A stretch of DNA of 64,000 nt from Pseudothermotoga sp. (GTDB lineage Bacteria; Thermotogota; Thermotogae; Thermotogales; DSM-5069): the NCBI GenBank assembly GCA_031962025.1, contig JAVRKW010000002.1, one strand, 5' to 3'. Under the pieces are notes generated by a model that was given only the letters and a program-made list of their open reading frames with translations, was not told the DNA's origin and ran no database searches. Position 1 is the stretch's first letter; each line of letters begins with the position of its first letter. This document shows, piece after piece, positions 59,376 to 64,000 of this stretch. A program made the translations under genes and the position numbers.

Positions 59376-60741
59376 ATTCCTGTGGTGCAGAGATCCTATA
59401 CAGTGGTGAGACAAAGTCTATCGTACCGATAAGCTCGGGTTTTTCATCCACATCGAAGATGTACAGACCATCGTTTGCCGAAACATACGCATACAACCCA
59501 TTTGTGTAAGCTCTTACCAAAACATCTCTTGCATAACTTGTGCTTTGCCACTGATCAGATGTTGCTATCTCAGTTAGCTCTAAGTTGCCTGATAGGTCAT
59601 TAAAATCAAAGCTCACAATTCCACCATTTCCAGCCGCCACAAAGACTCTATCTTTGTAGACTGTTATACCAGCAAAACTCTCTGAAAGCTTTCCAAGTTC
59701 AGCACTTGTTGCATAAGGTGTCAAATCATCGTATGCTTCAACGTAAACAGAATTAGAATTTTTTCCCACCAAGAGCACGTAGTTATCTTTCAAGATCATG
59801 TCTAATGGTTCGTAGTTCAGGTTGATTTTACCCAAGACATTTAAGGTTCCATCTGTGCCAAGTTTCAGCTTGACAAAAGTGGGTTTGTTATTTTGAAAGC
59901 CAGCCAGATAGACTATGTTATCTGAACCGATGGCTATTGCGTTCACCGAAGCCAACCCACCGTACACGGTACTTGTTTTTGAAGTGATGTTGTAGAAAAA
60001 GACTCTTTCATCGCTTGAAACTACAAGATAATTCGACTGGCTGAATGTACCAGCTTTGATTCTTTTTGCGTTTGACGGATAATTACCAAAAGACGAAATA
60101 GTTTCTGTCTGTGTTTCTTCGCCGGATAAATATTTTGGAAGATTTAAACTTACTATTTTTCCTGATGAATCGACTATATAAGCCCATTCACCAAAAACAA
60201 CGATCTCTTTTGTACTTGAAATTTGCTGATTAAATGATATTGGATAATGGACATCAAAAGGTCTTGTGATATCGTAAATCAAAAGTCCGTTCGAAGCACC
60301 TGCAATGTACAGATAATCCCATACGTTCACAGGTGTTATGGACAATGAAATAGAAAATTCGTACACGTCACTTGGTGTACTCTGGTTTTTAGTATCTTTT
60401 GCGACAACTTTCCACTGATAGCTCTTACCAGGTGTCAGGATCGTACTGTACTCAGTTTTCGAAAGTCCCTGGACGGTAGAAGAAAGTGGCTGTCCTTTTT
60501 CGGAAAGGTACAGATCATAGGTCAGAGCGTCTCCATCCGGATCTGAACAGCTCCATTTGAATGTGACATAAGCGAACTTTAAAATCTCATTGTTCTGGGG
60601 AGAGATCAGTGTTGGTTTGTCTGGAGCTCTGTTTGTCGGAGTTTGACCCCCACCACCGAACCAGTTACCTATTCCAGCACAGCCCTGGAGAAATATCGTC
60701 ACTATCAGGAAAACCGCTGGCAAGATATACCATTTTTTCAT
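59374..60741 (-). CDS. Lipoprotein with an FN3/Ig-like domain and a beta-propeller-like C-terminus
   Basis: Lipobox LQGC; APDKPTLISP..F.W..SDPDGD.LTYDLY..Y.WKVVAKD; repeated YLYIA/YAYVS..GL.I.D blades. Confidence 0.8.
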   Translation of the reverse strand: MKKWYILPAVFLIVTIFLQGCAGIGNWFGGGGQTPTNRAPDKPTLISPQNNEILKFAYVTFKWSCSDPDGDALTYDLYLSEKGQPLSSTVQGLSKTEYSTILTPGKSYQWKVVAKDTKNQSTPSDVYEFSISLSITPVNVWDYLYIAGASNGLLIYDITRPFDVHYPISFNQQISSTKEIVVFGEWAYIVDSSGKIVSLNLPKYLSGEETQTETISSFGNYPSNAKRIKAGTFSQSNYLVVSSDERVFFYNITSKTSTVYGGLASVNAIAIGSDNIVYLAGFQNNKPTFVKLKLGTDGTLNVLGKINLNYEPLDMILKDNYVLLVGKNSNSVYVEAYDDLTPYATSAELGKLSESFAGITVYKDRVFVAAGNGGIVSFDFNDLSGNLELTEIATSDQWQSTSYARDVLVRAYTNGLYAYVSANDGLYIFDVDEKPELIGTIDFVSPLYRISAPQE

Positions 60742-60825
60742 CTTTTAAACCCCCTTTTGGCACATTTTACCAATAGCTGATAAAATTGTACCACAGATGA
60801 TCGTAATACAGAAAGGAGGATCTGA

Positions 60826-61488
60826 GTGAAAGCACTGTTAATGGATTATGATGGAACACTTGCACTGGTCGATGAAAGTGAATTTGCCCAGAAATATTTC
60901 CAGACACTCAAGAATTTTGTACGGCAGAACTATTCTTTGGATTTTTCAAGTAAAGATATCCTTGAGTGTGTTGAATACATAACCAGATTTGCAGATGGCA
61001 GGATCAACAATTACGAGAGATTTTTGGCTTGTTTCAAAAACAAATATGGTTCGTCTGAAAATTACAGGACTATTTTTGATGAGTTTTATCAGAGTGAAAG
61101 CTTTGACAGTCTCAAGGTTCTGGTACGACCAAATCCGTGTGCCATGGAACTTTTGAAACATTTCAAACAGAACGGAAAAATACTGGTGCTTGCTACAAAT
61201 CCCGTTTTTCCAAAAGTGGCTGTGATAAAAAGAATCAACTGGATAGGTCTGAGTGAATCGGATTTTGATCTGATAACACACATGGAAAATTCCTACTTTT
61301 GTAAGCCGGATCCAAGGTATTTTTTGCAGATATGTTCTATAATCAAGGTAAAGCCGGATGATTGTCTCATGGTGGGAAATGACGACCTTTTCGACAAAAG
61401 TTCTGAAAAAGCCGGTATCAGGTATCTGTCTGTTGAGCAAATTGAGAAGATGGGAGGTGAGCTGGATGAATCCAGTTTTGCTCAGTGA
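60826..61488 (+). CDS. HAD family hydrolase
   Basis: DYDGTL, ATNP, KPDP, MVGND..FD. Confidence 0.9.
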   Translation: MKALLMDYDGTLALVDESEFAQKYFQTLKNFVRQNYSLDFSSKDILECVEYITRFADGRINNYERFLACFKNKYGSSENYRTIFDEFYQSESFDSLKVLVRPNPCAMELLKHFKQNGKILVLATNPVFPKVAVIKRINWIGLSESDFDLITHMENSYFCKPDPRYFLQICSIIKVKPDDCLMVGNDDLFDKSSEKAGIRYLSVEQIEKMGGELDESSFAQ

Positions 61489-62200
61489 GAAAAAGATTAA
61501 CAGCAGCTTTGCGATCTTAGCTGTGGTTTTTTCAATCATCGCAGCCCTTGTAGGAGCAATAGGTGTCATCAGTGTTCTAAGGGGTATGCTTGAAGGCGTT
61601 TTCAACGGGGGTTTTGGTTATGGACGCGGTTATGCCAGAATGTTTGGAGGCATTTTAACAACGCTGGTTTCTGGTCTTGTTGGTATACTTGCAGCCATCT
61701 TCACCCTGATAGTGCTGAACCAGTGGAGCTCCACGTTGAATGAGAACATCCAGAACACGAAGATTTTACTCAGCTATCTCAAACAAAAGGTTGAGCCTGA
61801 CAAACAGATCAACCTGAGCGTTATTGAAGGACATCTTTCCACACTGAACCTGAACATCTGGGCTTACTGGGTTTATATGGTTTTTTACATCATATCTTTT
61901 CTTGTACCAATGGCTTCCTTCGTTTTTTCAATCCTGGCGATTGTTTTTCTGTCGATATACTTGCAGAGTGTTTTCACCGTTGCAAAGAGATTAGAAGAGA
62001 TAAAAAATGCCATGTATCCGCTTTTGGGGATCTCTTCGCCCATGTTGAGTTATGTAAAGCACAGAAATGTCGGAATTTTCATCGTCTTGACGATCATAAC
62101 CTTTGGTATCTACTGGTGGTATCTTTTGGTAAAACTCTCTGATGAGATCAACCAGTACATCGATGCAGACCAGAGACTCAGGCAGGTGATTAACCCCTGA
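61466..62200 (+). CDS. Membrane protein with a C-terminal DUF4234-like motif
   Basis: GGAGGTG RBS; several TMs; RNV..IVLTIITFGIYWWY..K.SDEIN. Confidence 0.75.
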   Translation: MNPVLLSEKKINSSFAILAVVFSIIAALVGAIGVISVLRGMLEGVFNGGFGYGRGYARMFGGILTTLVSGLVGILAAIFTLIVLNQWSSTLNENIQNTKILLSYLKQKVEPDKQINLSVIEGHLSTLNLNIWAYWVYMVFYIISFLVPMASFVFSILAIVFLSIYLQSVFTVAKRLEEIKNAMYPLLGISSPMLSYVKHRNVGIFIVLTIITFGIYWWYLLVKLSDEINQYIDADQRLRQVINP

Positions 62201-62202
62201 AA

Positions 62203-62760
62203 GTGATGATAGATGTTGATGATGTGCTCACCAATTTCAACAAAGCATTTCTCCAGTTGAGCCATGAGCTTTTTAAAACACCGGATGATGTTCAGATAAC
62301 AGTATGGGATTTTCACAAATGCGTTCCCGGCTTGAGTTATGAAATGGAGCAGGTTGTGTGGGAAAAGATCAGAGAGACGGAGAATTTTTATGAAACTCTG
62401 CCCGTTTATGCTTCGCAGCAAGATCTGTCTTTGTTGAGAAAAATCATTCAAACGGGTAAACATGAGATCATTTTCATTACTTCCCGCTTTCCCACAAAAG
62501 GCAGGACCGTTGAAGAGCAAACGATTCTGTGGATAGAAAAACACGTGGGTGTGACACCAAAGGTTTTCGTCACACCAAAAAAAGGACAGCTCTGCAAAGA
62601 ACTTGGAATAGAACTTGCCTTGGACGACGCTCCACACCATTTGCATGATTTGATAAGCCACGGCATTGAAGCAGTGGTAATGGACTGGTCTTATAACAGA
62701 CATCTAACAGATCTTCCACGCGTTAAAACCCTTGGCGAATTCATAAAATTAATCGATTAG
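62203..62760 (+). CDS. 5'(3')-deoxyribonucleotidase-like HAD phosphatase (NT5C family)
   Basis: IDVDDVL, FITSR, K...IELALDD, SYNR. Confidence 0.8.
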   Translation: MMIDVDDVLTNFNKAFLQLSHELFKTPDDVQITVWDFHKCVPGLSYEMEQVVWEKIRETENFYETLPVYASQQDLSLLRKIIQTGKHEIIFITSRFPTKGRTVEEQTILWIEKHVGVTPKVFVTPKKGQLCKELGIELALDDAPHHLHDLISHGIEAVVMDWSYNRHLTDLPRVKTLGEFIKLID

Positions 62761-62798
62761 TCCAAACAAAAGCCATCAAAGATTTTTTCAGAAAGCTG

Positions 62799-62826
62799 TT
62801 GCATTTTTAGAAAAATGGATTATACT
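62799..62826 (+). promoter_or_regulatory. Sigma70-type promoter of the small ORF
   Basis: TTGCAT-16 nt-TATACT. Confidence 0.65.
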
Positions 62827-62851
62827 CTTGAGTAAGATAGGGGGTGTGAAA

Positions 62852-62932
62852 ATGGCTTGTGCAAAGAACCCTGAACCAAAAAAACCTGAGGAAAAACCAA
62901 AGGAAACAAAAAAAGAAAAACCCAAGAAATAA
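62852..62932 (+). CDS. 26-aa Lys/Glu/Pro-rich peptide MACAKNPEPKKPEEKPKETKKEKPKK
   Basis: AGGGGGTG RBS 5 nt upstream of the ATG, upstream promoter, terminator immediately after TAA. Confidence 0.65.
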   Translation: MACAKNPEPKKPEEKPKETKKEKPKK

Positions 62933-62933
62933 C

Positions 62934-62964
62934 AAAATCCCCCGGCAATATCCGGGGGATTTTT
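62934..62964. terminator. Bidirectional rho-independent terminator
   Basis: AAAATCCCCCGG-CAATAT-CCGGGGGATTTTT. Confidence 0.9.
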
Positions 62965-63999
62965 TCATATTTCCGCAACCCACGCGAATTTTTTGAGAAA
63001 CTCTTCAGTACTCATTTTTGCTGCATTTGCCAGTTTTGTGAGCATATTGGTGTCCTGTAAATCCTTTTTTGTCAATCTTATCATGTAGCTACGTGCTACA
63101 CGGTAGTGTTCGGAGTTGATATCCACCATGCGCACCTTTGTCCTGCCTGTCGCTGGATCGATGAGTTCTTCGAATGGTAGCACCCTGATTCTTCCATTTT
63201 CAACACAGATCATGCCACCAGATAGATGCTTTTCAAAATCTTTGAGAAGGAATCTAATAGCACCATATCCAAGGGTTCTTGTATAGTCGATATCAAACGG
63301 GATTGGTCTTGCACATCTCAACTCATATCCAAGAGTGACATCTATTATGTTGATCTTCTCTCCTCTTTGTGCAAAGCGTTTTTGAATTTCACGCTTGAGT
63401 ATGGTAGCTAAGGGAATCTCGCTCAATCTTATATGTCCGTGCGGATCTCGTTCAACTGTGACACCCGGGATACTTGCCAGTTCCTGCGGGTCTATCATCT
63501 CTCCTATACCTTCGGCTATTATCGCAAGACCGTCATTTCTTCCAAGCACACGTCTTTTGAGTATTGTGGTTTCAAGTACATCGCAAACTTGTGCAAGAGT
63601 TATTTTTTCTTTTCTGAATTCCTCACCAATCACAGTCAGAGCTGCACTTGCAGCCTTCCCTATGCCAAGTGCCAGATGTCCTGCTTTTCTACCCATTGCA
63701 ACGACGAAATACCATCTGTTTGTTGTCCTTGAATCCTGCATCAAATTGTACACAAGTTCAGTGCCAAGGTGCCGGGCAGTTTCAAACCCAAATGTTGGCA
63801 TACCACCGGGTAGAGGCAGATCGTTATCGATTGTTTTTGGAACGTGTGCGACGCGAATCGTACCCTCACTTGCTTTCGATACTGCAGAGGCAGAAAATGC
63901 AGTATCATCTCCACCTATTGTCACTAAATAGTTGATCCTCAGTTCTTTGAGGCTCTTAAGGACATTTTGAAGGTCTTCGGTTTTCTTGGTGGGATTTGC
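62965..63999 (-). CDS. pfp: Pyrophosphate-dependent phosphofructokinase (5' end beyond the window)
   Basis: GGDDT (Asp = PPi type), PKTIDND, MGR, LGYELRCA; frame open to the window end. Confidence 0.93.
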   Translation of the reverse strand, partial: ANPTKKTEDLQNVLKSLKELRINYLVTIGGDDTAFSASAVSKASEGTIRVAHVPKTIDNDLPLPGGMPTFGFETARHLGTELVYNLMQDSRTTNRWYFVVAMGRKAGHLALGIGKAASAALTVIGEEFRKEKITLAQVCDVLETTILKRRVLGRNDGLAIIAEGIGEMIDPQELASIPGVTVERDPHGHIRLSEIPLATILKREIQKRFAQRGEKINIIDVTLGYELRCARPIPFDIDYTRTLGYGAIRFLLKDFEKHLSGGMICVENGRIRVLPFEELIDPATGRTKVRMVDINSEHYRVARSYMIRLTKKDLQDTNMLTKLANAAKMSTEEFLKKFAWVAEI

Positions 64000-64000
64000 C

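Noticed and set aside
60757..60772. TTGGCAC as a sigma54 -24 box
   Set aside because: No TTGC at the -12 position.
53880..63999. Both ATP- and PPi-dependent PFKs as a novelty
   Set aside because: Their co-occurrence is already known in Thermotoga.
1..64000. CRISPR arrays, tRNA/rRNA, IS elements, prophage or defence islands
   Set aside because: No spaced repeats, no intergenic sequence resembling a structural RNA gene, and no integrase, transposase or phage proteins seen.

Overview
Gene-dense bacterial core-genome window with about 65 CDS and strong GGAGG(TG) ribosome-binding sites. Gene content and order suggest a Thermotogae chromosome, probably Pseudothermotoga-like (inference). In order: partial MutS-V ATPase, xseAB-dxs-asp23-DAK2, divergent tdh/kbl, an Opp/Dpp ABC operon with two extra membrane genes, and a long minus-strand run (SLBB/Wza-like exporter, nagA, smc, NUDIX, fliS, GNAT, 2-hydroxyacid dehydrogenase, PBP2, radical SAM, CPBP protease). 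Then come thrS-HD-GYP, valS-folC-ruvA, a DUF2089 three-gene cassette, rplU-prp-rpmA-rplM-rpsI, dnaG-rpoD-phoH-HDIG-ybeY-DUF1015, LacI-DMT-nitroreductase-psuG, pfkA-pyk, gcvT/H/PA/PB, a lipoprotein, HAD genes and a partial PPi-PFK. I saw no rRNA, tRNA, CRISPR array, integrase or transposase. The most notable unexplained signals are: (1) a stand-alone transcription unit encoding a 26-aa Lys/Glu/Pro peptide, below the ORF-track cutoff; (2) a DUF2089 cassette whose two flanking genes look like membrane-bound and soluble paralogues; (3) a long hairpin in the rplU leader; (4) a sigma54-type -24/-12 element upstream of kbl; (5) a pyruvate kinase with many substitutions in normally conserved motifs. 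All calls come from reading the sequence; no searches were run.
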